A stretch of DNA of 64,000 nt from Chrysomallon squamiferum (taxonomy: Eukaryota; Animalia; Mollusca). Location of the stretch: assembly GCA_012295275.1 (NCBI GenBank), contig CM022677.1, positions 2,480,001 to 2,544,000 on the forward strand, in the 5' to 3' direction. Shown piece by piece: positions 26,370-39,743 of this stretch; positions within the stretch are counted from its first letter, which is position 1; each line of letters begins with the position of its first letter. The notes beneath the pieces were generated by a model. It was not told the DNA's origin. It was given only the letters and a program-made list of their open reading frames with translations, and ran no database searches. The position numbers were made by a program, and so were the translations under genes.

Positions 26370-29139
26370 GATTGTGTTTAATTGTCTGTAATGTTAGAAA
26401 GAAATTATTATAAATAAACATCATCTGTCTCTTATTGTAATAGATTTTAATAATAAATCACAAATAATTTCAAGAAAAAATATATATCTATGAAAAAGTA
26501 TCACTACAAATTTTACATTCTGTTCAATTTAAAAAGAAAAATTGTCTTTTATAACTAAATTCATAAACATATTTGAAAATATTTCTTTATGAAAGATTTT
26601 CTAATACTAAACAAGAAGAATGCACTGATTAAATCGAAATATTTTAAAGGTAAGCAATACAAACATAACATGAAAATGTAATAATAATAATACAAAAACC
26701 ACTAATATTTCTCAAAGCTGAAATCCATAAAATTGTGAATTCTCCTCTGAATCTTCAGCACTGACCTGCCTTGTACTGTAAGGGAGAGAGTGAGATCTGA
26801 AAAACTCTGTCGTTGACCAAGTTTTTAAAAGAAATACAAAATCTGACATGGACTTGACAGTTTCCACCTGTAAATTGAAAATAATTCATTGTCACCAGCC
26901 TATAAAAATAACTAATTGATAAGTTCTGTCATTTATTAGTTTACTAATAGATACCAAAGCTTTTCAGTTCTAATAACAAACTGTTAATATCATTCTGCAC
27001 TAGGTATGTGAATTCAGTCATTTTGATTACTTTACTTTTTTCAAACACTTAGAACTGATCCTATACACCTAATTTTAGATCTGATTAAAAATATAAGTTA
27101 ATAATCTGGCAATAAATTTATCCAGAATAATAATCTTTTAATCCCAAAAGAGAATTCCAATTAATTACAAATATTTAACATTTTAAAATGCGATGATATA
27201 ATTAATTCAAACCACAAAAAAGTCCTTTACACCTTCAGATCTTTTTGAAATATTTAAGAAAAAAAAATGTATACCAGTAAATGACAGCTGAATAAATTCA
27301 TAAAAAATAAACATTATCTGTGAATATCATTCAGTTCATCAGCTAGTTTATGTATATTATTCTAACACAAAACTGCAGTGATTAAAATGCTGAAGTGTTA
27401 TCTTGATCTGAACTGAACTTTTATCACCTACAAATCTATGTTTAATAAAGTTAACAGATTTGAATCCTGAACGAGGAAGTGATCCAGCTGATTAAACAAA
27501 ATAATAATTGAACAAAATAATGCAGACACTGCAACAGTAACACTGAAACTAATCAACTCTGTGTCATCTGATATATAAAGTTTTGACTGGTAGGAATCAG
27601 AGTTGTAAGGATTTACATCTGCGTCTTCCTGATCAATGGCAGTTTATAACATAATTACCACCAACTTGATGGCTGTGCATTTGGAAGGTACATTTTTCAG
27701 GAATATTGAGGAATTTTTATAAAACAGAATCAAGAAATAAAGTACTGGTTTTGACAGGTTTTTGTTTTATTTTATTTTATTATTATTGTTGTTGTTGTTG
27801 TGGTGATGGTTGTTGATTTTGCTATTATTACTATTCATGTTGCTATTATATATTTTAAATAATTTATTTAAAATGCTATTTGAGCTGATAAAGAAAAATT
27901 AAAAAGCAAACAAAAAAAAACATATTAATATCCCTTCCCTGCAAACCACATAAGTATAAAATCCACCGATCTGTCTTGTATCTGATTACATGAAAGGTCT
28001 TCCAAGCTGGTCAAGAAAATCCTCTGAAATGCTGGATCCAAAGTTTGTGCTGGTGGTATGATAGCTATATTTAAACAACTATCTTGTTTCATGTATGAGT
28101 CATTGTTTCCTACTATTTGTTCAAGATTGGGCAATTTTGTGGATTTTGTACATTCCCCTTTTTTTTAGCCAGATTTATCTAAATAAACAAATATAGAAAG
28201 AAAAATTAATAAAATAAAAATAAATTAACAATAAATAAAAAATGAGCATCAAGTTTATCATTCTAAATCTTAACATAAATTATTTAAATGATTATTTTTT
28301 TTACCTATTTCAGGCTAGGAGTATTTGATTAATTTGCACAATAAAATCTTTGGGAAGAAAAATTTCAGTCATGGAAAATTATTATAAATTATACTTTAAC
28401 AATGTTTTAATACTGACTGGATATAATGGTAACCTTCAAGAAGCAGCAAAAACATATAGAAGAAAAAAAAAAGTATTACTATAAAAGATATCAAGACCAC
28501 TTACTTCAGAACAGTTCTCTGTTCTGTTGATTTCCTCTGACCGGCTAGTAACTGTATCAGATGAATTTGTCAGCTTCAGTTTTTTTTTCTCAAAATCACC
28601 TGCAAAACCAGAAATATTTATTTTCAGCTTGCACATGATTACTTATTTAGCAATTTTGGAAGTAAAGCTGGATTAGCCACAATTAACAAATTCAAAATGG
28701 TTTCCAGCTTACAGTTTGTTTTATCTGTATTCACTGAGTATATTTCTCTCTTTCATTTCCTCTTTCTTCTTGAACTTCTACAATGATCTAGCAGACTGTT
28801 TTGGCAGGCATCCCGGCTACTAATAATTATTTATGATGAGCCTAAAACTGTGACAGAAATATATCTCATGGAGAAAAACCAAAAACAAATTCATAAATAA
28901 AAATTAAGAAAGACATTTAATCCCAAATCTAAACTAATTACTTCTGCTAGTTAGACTCTTTAAAGGAATGAAGGTCAGATCTATATCTGATGGATGCTAT
29001 TAATTTAAATGTTTATGATCTACATGCAGAGAAGTTTTGAATGCCAGCATTTTAAAAAATAAATATATAAAATAAAGTAAATATTAAAAATAAAATATTA
29101 ATTAAATCTAAATAGATGAGAGAGATAACAAATATGTCT

Positions 29140-32100
29140 AAAATAAAGATGAATTTGAATAACATAATTAAAGCTATAGAAGAATTTTTCATTCAGAAAC
29201 ACATTAAACAAAATTATGAACTGATTTCACACATAACTGAATATCACTTTATACAAATATAATAAAATGCAGTACATCTTGGCTCAATTTTTGTGAGTTA
29301 AAAATGAAACTGTTTTGGTTACTCCTAGTACAAATATAAGCTAAAAAGAAATAAAACATTGCTAATGGAACTGTACTAAGTCACCTGCTGCTGAACTTCA
29401 AGCCTTTTGTCTTTGCCACGCACAGTGTTTTTCTTTCCCTGGTTTTAGCATATTCAAGTTTTTCAAATTTTTTTTCTCCTGATATTTGACTGTTGAGATT
29501 GGTGACTGGTGTAAGACTCTCCAACTTAAGAATTGAGTAAATAAATAAATAAATAAAATACTGTAAAAAAATATAAAATAAATAAAACACTGCTACTACA
29601 ACGTTTACTGCAACACTATATGCTACTTTTATTAACATCATTACTGTAACTAAAATTTACTATTATTCCTTATTCAACAAGGGTAACTGTTATTGAAATA
29701 ATACACCTATTACTAAAATTACGATCCATTAATAATAAAAGTAATTTGTGTGTTTTTTTTTACTCTCTTCACAATGTTACTACAAGTAGTATTATTATTA
29801 CAAGTACTAATGATGTAACAACTACATTACTACAACACTGGCAATGACTAATACTACTACTATAACAACAACCTCTATAGATGTTCCTGTTCTGCCATAT
29901 TCTTTGATGACATTTCTACCCTGTGGTGACTCACTGAATTAGCTCTTCTTGTGGACAGAGCAGTTTCTGAAAAACAACAGTAATTTATTTATTTACCTTT
30001 GTAGTTATATATGAATCTGGTATCTGTCAGATAGATAGATAGAAAGAATGATATATATATATAGAGAGAGAGAGAGAGCGAGAGAGCGAGAGAGAGAGAT
30101 TTAGAATAATTCCAGTGGCAGCAAACTTTATCCTCAGTGCTGGACAGCACCTTCTACTGAAACAACTTCACTAGCAAACATCAGCACATCAATTAGAGCT
30201 GTATGTGTATTCTGAAAATAAAAATACAAATAAAATAATAAAAATAATAAACTGTTAAAAATAAATAACTAATGTTTCTGTATTGTTTAAATTTTACTGT
30301 TATCAGTTACTGGATTATTCAGACACAAAGGGATGTGGGATATTTTTGATATACTTTGTATAATCATTATAATGATAATGATAATAATGATAATAATTTA
30401 AATAATTAACAAAACAAATGATTATTATTATGCTAATTTACAATCAGTAAAGAGTTGTTACTATAAAACTTATTTTATTTGCTAAGAAATAAAAATAACA
30501 TAAAAAACTTGCAACTTGGAATTGTGTTGTCTGAATCAGGTACAGGACTAGCTCAGTCCTTCGAACTGTCAATGTGGTGAGACATCACTCTCGTGAACGC
30601 TGCCTTCCTGAGCCTCATCTTGTTCTGCTGCAGCTACAGCCTTTGTTTTCTTCTCTCTGTTTTCTTTATCTTCTCATCCAGCTTCATTCTCAGAGAGGCA
30701 AGCTCAGATTTTACCTGCTGCTCAACTTTCTGGCTGTTATTTTTGCCATCGCAGTCGTCTGCCTAGTTTTGTGTTTCGCAGCGTAGCAGATGCAGTGTTT
30801 TTACCAGCATCAGCTTGATTTCACAAAAAAGCAGACTTCAATGGTGCTCTGCCCTTTTCTTCTTGTTCCTGTTGATACATGTAAACCATCGGTATATCAT
30901 ATTATAGTATTCCAGCAGCACTTGCACTCTACAGTATGATACTGATCAATGATTGTGTAGCTAGATGAAAAATTTATAAAATATTTCACTCACATCTGAT
31001 TTTTTACAGAACCATTCTTTAAATTCATTTGGAACATTTTCTCCACATGACCTAGAAAACATAAAAAATAAAAAATATTAGTAATGAAAAATAAAATGGA
31101 TAATAATAATAAAGATCACAAAAAATAATAATAATAAAAATAAAACATAATAATAATAATAAAAAGTAGTAATAATAATAAGAGAAGAAGAAGATGAAAA
31201 AGAAGGAATTCAACAAAAGAAAACAAAGTGTAAATAAATAAATTAAAATTGACCATTAAGAAAAGAAGAGAAACAAAGAACAGGATAACAAATTATTTGA
31301 GTGTTTATTTGTGTTTTAAATATTTTTTTTTATAAATAATTTTATTAATATTTTATAGCATCATCTACATATAAAATAACCTGGTCATGTATTTCTTAAA
31401 TTTGTATTCATCTTTATTTGTTTTTAGTGTTAACATAGAGCTATACAGGTATTTAGCTTAAATAATATGAAAGCATTTAGGGACCCACCCATTATAAAGT
31501 TTAATATGTTTAATAATTATAGAGCAAGTCAGCAATTTAACCTAAATCTTTAAAAATAATAAATCATAAATAAACTGACTGAAAACAACCTGTCAAACAA
31601 AATTAGCATATTTTCTTTTAATAGTTTTATTAGTTTATTTCAACAACAACAACAAAACAAAAATAATAATAATAAAAAAAAAATAAAAAAAAAAAGATTA
31701 GAAAAATAAATAATAACAATAACAATAAAATAATAATAATAATAATTTTAAATTCTCTGTGACTTGTTGTGTGGTGTTCTTTTTGTGTGCTACATAAGTC
31801 AATTTATTTTAAAACAAATTTAATTACTGGCCACTCAAAATTTGCTGATACATCATGACGTTGTTTATGTTGTTCACATTAGTACAACCACTGGTGAATG
31901 TTATTATTAATCGAGTGTCGTTATTTGAAAAAATTATAAATAAATAAATAAATAAATATTGTTCTCAAATAATATGGCTGCCATCAGTTGTCTGTGACTT
32001 TTAAATTATAATTAAATAAAAAAAAAAATCCAAACATATTAACATTTATAATAATAAATAGTAATACCTGTCTCCTTCACAAAATGAAATACTTTAAACA

Positions 32101-32710
32101 ACTGTTTTAATGCGATTACACCAATTCTGTAGAAAATTCTTCGAACATTAAATAAAAAAAAGTAAATCCTTAAAGTCCGACAATCATCCCGCATTTTTCT
32201 GCATATACAATCCCCCAAAAAAAAAAAAAAAAAAAAAAAAACAAAATTAAAATAATGTTCAAAACAAATAAAATAAAATAAAGGAACATCACAATCTTTA
32301 TTAAAATATATTTATTTTATTTATTTATTTATTTTTTTTTTATCTTATTATTAGCCAATCGTTGACCGTAAACTTCAAATAAACGGTGTTTTTTTTTTTT
32401 TTCCCCTACTTTTTCTTTCTTCTTCTTATTTATATTAATAAAATAAAATAAAATAAAATAAACCAAATAAAATCACAAAACTTACAACTCACACTACAAG
32501 TTGCTTATTATTGTGCAGGAATTTACCAATGTTTGATATCCTATTCTAAAATGTATTATACCATTTCTATCAATATCACCATCGTTGCCGTCGTAACGGC
32601 GTTGTTTCTAGCTTTCTAGAGTCCTTCTCATTATTCTTTAGCGGGCGAATCACCTCTTCAAATACATTATTGTGATTTCTAGTAATGTCGCCGTCGTTCC
32701 AGTATTAACG
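29140..32710 (-). repeat. Left arm of a large imperfect inverted duplication; contains unidentified exon relics on the minus strand
   Basis: Colinear reverse-complement matches to the right arm include 29380-29535/42750-42960, 29880-30010/41910-42040, 30530-31050/40350-40856, 31860-31900/39490-39530, 32060-32200/39165-39320 and 32550-32700/38335-38515. Confidence 0.92.
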
Positions 32711-33274
32711 TCTTGGTTAATATCACACGTCACTGTACAGTATTTCTTTACTTAATACTACTAATATCACGTCACAGTTTTTATTTACTTAATATCGCGT
32801 TACTGTACATATTTATTTTGCTTAATTTCTGCTACTATTACGTTACGGTTCAGTATTTATCAATTAAAACTGACATTTATTCAAACAAATTCATAAAATT
32901 AAAAAAAAAAATTAAAATAAAAAATATGGAATAACATAATAAAAATTAGAAATGTCATAAAATGTCTTAACATGGTGAGTTTGCATAAACGATTAATAAC
33001 TAGTGACATCTGATTTGTATGTGTTTTGAAGAAGAAACAGAACAACTGCAGACAACGCTTTAAAATCTTCATAACTTGAGAAGTGCGCCACTTCTAAATG
33101 GCAGCTGTAATGCACATTTTAATCTGGGTTTTTTTGTTTGTTTTTTTTGTTTGTTTTTTTCTTGAGGAGTGTTTTTGTTTTCTTTTTTGTCTGTATGTTA
33201 CTTTATTCTGACATAAACAAATTATTAATATAATTTCCATAATATAGGTAGGCAGTCTTTTTATCCACCAGTTT

Positions 33275-34426
33275 AATAACCTGCGAAATTTAAAAGGGGT
33301 CGCTGCAGCTCTGTTTCGACTTCAGGACACGTACAAATTAAATGCGACAAGATTAGCAGACGCATTTATATATGAACGATATATACAGAGATTATCAGCA
33401 GAAGACTGTTATCAGTTAGGTCGCCTTGCATACAAAATGAAAAAAATACAAATCTGTACATATCTGGACGGAGTTAAGTCTTGAGAAAGTAAGAACAGAA
33501 AAAATTCAGAACGTATCTCGGTTAGAATTTCATGACTATGACATACACGGTAGAGAATCAGCGGGACAGACAGAACACGTTTTAGATTTGACAAATGAAC
33601 AGTTAATGTTAGCTCGTGAACAAAAACGTGCTCCGAACAGAAGGAAAAAGTTTTCAAGTGTATCAAAACGTAGGAAAGAAAAGAGAAAAAATGCCAGAGT
33701 TAAAGAAAAAACAACTTTCGATGCTCTCTGTCGTACAGAAGACGTTATTAAAGTACGACAGCGACATCGTTTGAAATGTCGCTACCATTACAACATCAAA
33801 AGTCCGCTTCTAATTCTTAAGCCTGCTAAAGAAGAGATTCTGCATTTCTGACCGAAAATTTTCTCTATCATGTTTTTATCAGTGATGATGCAATTGAAGA
33901 CATTAAAACAGTTTCTTTGCCACTTTTAAAAACATCTGAAATCGATAACGATGAAAAACATGTGAAATCTGAGAAAAGAATTAGCAAAAATACATCTTTA
34001 GGAAGAGGTTGCATAGAAGCAGACTTGAGTATTCAGGAAAGAATTGAAGCAATCACAGGTCTTTCAATGAAAGCTTCAGAAGCACTTCAGGTAGCAAACT
34101 GTGGAATAGGCGGGTACTTCACGGCTCATGCTGACTATTTCCACAAAGCAGATTCTTGCCGTGGAAACAGAATTGCCACGTGGTTAAACTATTTGAGTGA
34201 TGTAGAAGGAGGTGTAACAGTGTTTCTTCATCTTGGTGTAAGAATACAACCTAAAGCAGGTGCAGCTATATTTTGGTATAATTTATATCGGAATGGTTCA
34301 CCTAACAAAATGACAATTCATGGAGCTTGTCCCGTTCTGATTGGCTCTAAATGGGTGGCCACGTACTGGATTCTAGAAAAGGGACAAGAATTCAAGTGGC
34401 CATGGTCCACAAATCCAGAAGAATAA
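33275..34426 (+). pseudogene. P4HA: Intronless, frameshifted prolyl 4-hydroxylase alpha subunit pseudogene
   Basis: Reads LKGVAAALFRLQDTYKL..LSAEDCYQLGRLAY, then FDALCR..RLKCRYHYNIKSPLLILKPAKEEILH, then RIEAITGLSMKASEALQVANCGIGGYFTAHADYF..GNRIATWLNYLSDVEGGVTVF..AAIFWYNL..TIHGACPVLIGSKWVATYWILEKGQEF. There are multiple frameshifts and stops, and no introns between these blocks. Confidence 0.92.
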
Positions 34427-34924
34427 ATGAAATACAGTGTAACTTTTAATGTGCGCAGGTCCTAGAAAGAGATTTCTTGCTTACTGATTAATTTTTGGTT
34501 TGTAAATATTTTACATAGGCATTTATGTAAAAAAAAAAAAGAAAAAGTCTGTTTAAAGTACTTCTTATTGCATGTTATTGATTTCTTTATTTTTTTCCTT
34601 CTTAATTCCACCTTAGTTTTCAAAGACGCCTGTTTGTGTAAGTGATTACTCTCGTTCAAAATATAATTATTACGTCTTCTTGTCGCTTGGGTTTCTTCAA
34701 CTTCTTAGAATCAGCGCAAATGTTACACTTTGCCTTTAGATATAAGATACAACGACAGCAAGAGTAAGAATATAACAAGAACAAAAAAAAAAAAATATAC
34801 GAATGCGGACAAACCGATATAAACATGCTTACTGTTGTATTCTTTGTTCTTGATATATTAAAATTAAAGATCGTGTTAACTGTAAAAGGAGATATATTTT
34901 TAATGGGTGTCTATTTATTTATTT

Positions 34925-35505
34925 ATCATTGATGCAGATTCTGGTTATTGAAGCCGATCTTGTAATTCCTGTTCCACAGTTGGCAGATATATCACCATAT
35001 GTAAATTCGGTCCATGGACCCGTGTATGGGCAAGTATATGCTTAGATTCTTGCTTAGTTTCGTTTTGAGGTTAAGTAGCACCACAAGCATTATTTTGGCC
35101 ATTGTATTTATTGCAGATGCTTATCCGTCGTTCTGTCCACTGACCACCAGGACCACATGTTACTGAACATGGAGTTATTGCTGTGAAGTCTGACCAATGT
35201 GACCAGTCTGGGCATGGTTTTGATGGACAAGCCACAACAGTTCTGTCTACATCAGGGGACTTTGCACACAACCAGTTTTAGATGGGATGTCATTCTGACA
35301 CGTTCTTGTTGTTGTCTGAGTTCTGTTTATGTTATTACCACATGAGATTGATCATTCGATGTAAATATATCCTGACAATGCTCCCTTGTTTGCTATTGAT
35401 GTGTCTGGTTTCAGTAGCTGGTGAAAGTGAACAACAACCTGTTCGTTTAGCTGTAACGTTACTGCATACTCTGGATACCGTTGTCATTGTTACAAATGTT
35501 GATGC
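34925..35505 (-). pseudogene. Thrombospondin type-1 repeat exon fragment (truncated copy)
   Basis: Reads CPDWSHWSDFTAITPCSVTCGPGGQWTERRISIC and CPYTGPWTEF, showing WxxW and CSVTCG motifs, with stops and frameshifts. It is nearly identical to 59482-60060. Confidence 0.85.
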
Positions 35506-36279
35506 TGCGTGTTGTTTCGCTTTTTATAAATTATCGTACTGTGCGTACCCTATATTAAAAAAATATTATTATTATTACTATCACTGTCGCCGTCGTTGGC
35601 GTCGTGTCTGCGTTGACCTGCACGGTATTTATGTCTTTGTCATTATTCTTTTGTGGTTTTTATTAACTGCTGTCCTTAATTTCTTAGTGTGTAGATCCTA
35701 TTTCAAAATATACTATTGCTATTTGTATTCATGTCGACGTCGTTGCCGTCTACCTGCGTTGCTGTTAACGTTATTAGTTTAATTAATTGTCTTTTCATTA
35801 ACTATTATTATCACTTGTTTAGTGTGCGCTTCCTGTATTACAATATATTATTATTACCAGTACTGTTAAAATGTACTATTACTTTGTGTTCTGTTAATGA
35901 CGATGTCATTGCCGTCGTGGCTGCATTGTTCTTAACGTTTTTGGTTTCCTTCTCTTTATCCTGTTGCGCATGTTAATAACGTTGTTAAACTTTCATATTT
36001 TATTATAGTCGCCGTAGCTGGCGTCGTGTAGGAGTTGTTCTTCACGCTTTTGGAGTAGTTTTAATTATTCTGTTCCGCATTTTATTAAGTGTTATCCTCA
36101 CTTTGTTAGTGTGCGCATCCCACATTAAAATATATTATTATTGTTTCTATTAATGTCGCCGAGGTTGCTGTCCTGTCTGCATTGTGCATAACATTTCTGA
36201 ACTACTTCTCGTTATTATGTTGCGCTTTTTATTAACTATTGTTCTTAGTTTCGTAGTATGCGCACCCAATATTAAAATA

Positions 36280-36343
<64 letters not shown>

Positions 36344-36420
36344 GTCGCCATCACTGGAGTCGTGCTGCGTTGCACTCCTAGTTATGTTGTCTTTTTCAGT
36401 AACTGTTATTCTTACTTTTA
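35505..36420. repeat. Degenerate CpG-rich ~120-130-bp tandem repeat (also at ~32550-32720, 38030-38770 inverted, 47290-47880, 58440-58800, 60060-60960)
   Basis: gtgcgca.cc.atattaaaatatattattatt..ctattaatgtcgccgtcgttgccgtcgt..gcattgttcttaacgt recurs at roughly 125-bp spacing. Confidence 0.8.
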
Positions 36421-36551
36421 TAGTGTTATTCTAGTGAGTGTTTGATGACTAAATGCATATATTTACTTCTCACATAGCGTTTTCTTTTACGTGTTCAGAA
36501 CGATTACTAAACCAAAAAATAAAATAAATCACGTCCGTTTATACGACAAAA

Positions 36552-36582
<31 letters not shown>

Positions 36583-38329
36583 AAGAAAGAAAAACTCCTT
36601 CAACTAACACCACGGCTGTTTTTAATACGACAAAACCGAGATTGAGCGAAATTGTTTAATGTTTGTTATGAATTCATCAAACCTGATCAAAAAGAATTCT
36701 CTGTCATAGAAAAATGGAATATTTTATTGTAAACGACATTAACGTTATGAATGATTTTGTGAAATTAACGTAAAACAGAAGCATAATATCTTCGCTCCAA
36801 TCTAAATACGAATATGTTCTTTAGACGAAATATTAACATTAAAATTATATTCACGTTATTAAAATTTAATTCTTAATGTGCCGTGCACATTTTCAATGAA
36901 AAATAGGATTCCTTCGGTAATGTTATTAGCTAAAGAACACAGTACATTGAAACACACACACTCACACACACACACACATACACATATTTTACTTTTTCCC
37001 CCAAATTAATGTCCTTCACATTGTATACTGAAAAATGATGGTCCATCATATTAAGTTATTTTATTATTAACAGAAACAGGACTATACCGAAAAGCGTGAT
37101 ATGCTAGATGAAGATTGTATTGATGTTACTGACAATATGTGACATTTTATTTGTATCACCATAGTAACAGGAGATTCCGCGACATAATTTACATCTCTCT
37201 CTACATGAAATTACATGATTAACCTAAAATTCAGAGTTTATTTATCAAATTATGTAATTAAAAATATATCTGTTTCAGATTAATTTTAAAAAGATTTTAT
37301 TACAATAAAAAATAAGAAGCAGTTTTTGTATACACTCTCAGAACAGTTCTAATGAAACTAAGAGAATAGCGTCAAAAAGAATAGCGTCAGAAAAATATAA
37401 AATATTAATAAAGAAGCGAGAAGGCGCGATATTAAGGTGTTATTATTGTTGTCATTGTTCTATTGTTGACAAATATAATGCTTGTTATATTGATATTTAC
37501 TGGTGAAGCGGTTATACTAATATCTAATGTAATAAGAGAACTTCAGGTATAATAAGAAATATAAAGTATATTACATTGCGCTGATGTACACTTTGAATAT
37601 AATGAAAAAATTAAATTTCTCAATTATCGTAATAAAACAACATGTTAACCTTGTTTGTTCTCAGCTAATCACTATAAACTGTCGTGAAATCCAGGGAAAT
37701 AACTGTGAGATGTTTAAATGTAACCTGTACGATATTAACAAAATCTGACATATATATACTGTTCTTTTTCCTATATAATCTCTAATATTGTTAATTAAAA
37801 AACAACATACTCTGTATTTTCTAAAACAATAGTTAATATTACCGCTACCTCTCTGTTGAGAAACTAATGACGTCTAATACAGATAGTGATGGCTGCGTTA
37901 AAACTGCAAGTGATATTTTCTTGACGCCGTGTCAAGTATCTGTGTGTGTCTCTGTGTCTGCTGAACATTAATCTTACCTTTCAGCAACTTCTTTTCAGTG
38001 ATCCATTTCCCCATCCACGCAATAATCAGGTGTACATCAAGACGTTAAGAACAATACTGGAACGATGGCAATGACGGCCTCATTAATAGATATTTGTTTA
38101 ATGTAGGATGTGTACACTAATTGTAATATTTAATAAAAGGCAAAAGGGTAAGTTGAACGTTGAAAACAACGCCGTTACGACGGTGATGACGACGACATTA
38201 ATAAACGTAATAATAATATATTTTAATACAGGACGGGCCGGGTCAGAAAATATAAATAACTGCGAATAAAAACATAAAAGGAATGATCAGGAGTACACCA
38301 ATAACTTTAGAAACGGCGTCCGTACTATG

Positions 38330-39708
38330 TCTACGACGGCGACATTAGTAGAAATCACAACAACATATTTCAATAGGTGATTCGCCCGCTCTGAAAGTAT
38401 GAGGAATGATTCATAAAAAAAGCTAAAGAATAATGAGACCTCTACGCAAGCTAGAAACAACGCCGTTACGACGGCGACGATGGTGATATTGATAGAAATG
38501 GTAATAATACATTTTAGTATAAGATTTGAACCCTAAAAAAGGCATCAATAATAATTAATAAAAATGAAAACAAAGCTGTTACGACGGTAGCGACGGCGAT
38601 ATTAATAGAAATACAGTAGACGCACGGTCACACAATAAGAGTAACAGCGAATAAAAAGCGAAAAAGAAAAACGAGATGTACACCAAGACGTTAAGAACAA
38701 TACTGGAACGACGGCAATGACGGCCTCATTAATAGAAAGAGTAATGATATTTTTTAACGTAGAATGTGACACTGATTGCAATACTTAATGAAAGGGAAAA
38801 GAATTTTTTTTTTTTTTTTTTCAGAGCAGATGTTTTCAGGTGTATTGGTAAATTCCTGGACAATAATAAGCAACTTATTCTAGTGTGAGTTGTAGGCTTT
38901 GTGGTTTTATTTGGTGCATTAATATCAATTATAAGAAGAAAGAAAAAGTAGGTTAAAAAAAATAATAACAACACCGTTTATTTGAAGTTTACGGTGAACG
39001 ATTGGCTAATAATAAAAATAAATAAATAAATAAATAAAAAGTAAATAAATAAATAAATAAATAAATAAAAGAAGAACCATATCGATTTATAATTTTTTAT
39101 TTATTTGTTTTGAACATCAATTTAATATCTTTATTTATTTTTATTTTTTTAGTATCTTATTTGCAGAAAAATGCGGGATGATTTCGGTCTTAGCGGATTT
39201 ACTTTCTTGTTGGATGTTTGAAGAATAGTCTACAGAATTGGGATAATCGCATTATCATGCAACAAAAAAGTTGTTTAATGTATTTCATTTTGTGAAGGAG
39301 ACAGGTATTACTATTTATTATTATAGCTGTTAATGCGTTTGGATTTTTTCGTTTTATTTAATTATAATTTAAAAGTCATACACGTGATGGCAGCCATCTT
39401 ATTTTGGAATATTTATTTATTTATTTATTTATTTATTTATTTTATTTTATTTTATTTTTTTAAATAACAACACTCGATTAGTAATAAAATTCACCAGTGG
39501 TTGTACTAATGGGAACAGCATAAACAACGTCATATAAACAAGAAATCATGTTTAGTCTTTAATTTTGTGTTACCAATCACTGTATGATATATCGGGGGCA
39601 AATTTTGTGTGGCCAGTAATTAAATTTGTTTTAAAATAAATTGACTTGTGTAGCACACACCAAAGTAAACACTACACAACAACTATGTGTCAACTGTCTA
39701 ATGATTTC

Positions 39709-39743
<35 letters not shown>

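Noticed and set aside
27925-28180. Exon-like minus-strand segment (TLDPAFQ..FLDQLGRPF) and similar relics at 26.7-26.9, 28.4-28.6 and 43.56-43.72 kb
   Set aside because: They have coding-like composition and some splice signals, but I recognise no family, so they are not reported as named features without a BLASTX search.
33917-34426. Stand-alone functional 169-aa 2OG-Fe(II) oxygenase
   Set aside because: The ORF starts at TTG with no evident splice acceptor, and it is the tail of a frameshifted P4HA homology block with small deletions in conserved motifs.
35282-35782. 166-aa and 151-aa (59838-60293) plus-strand ORFs resembling membrane proteins
   Set aside because: They are antisense to the TSP1 remnant and run into satellite sequence; their similarity reflects the recent duplication, not coding constraint.
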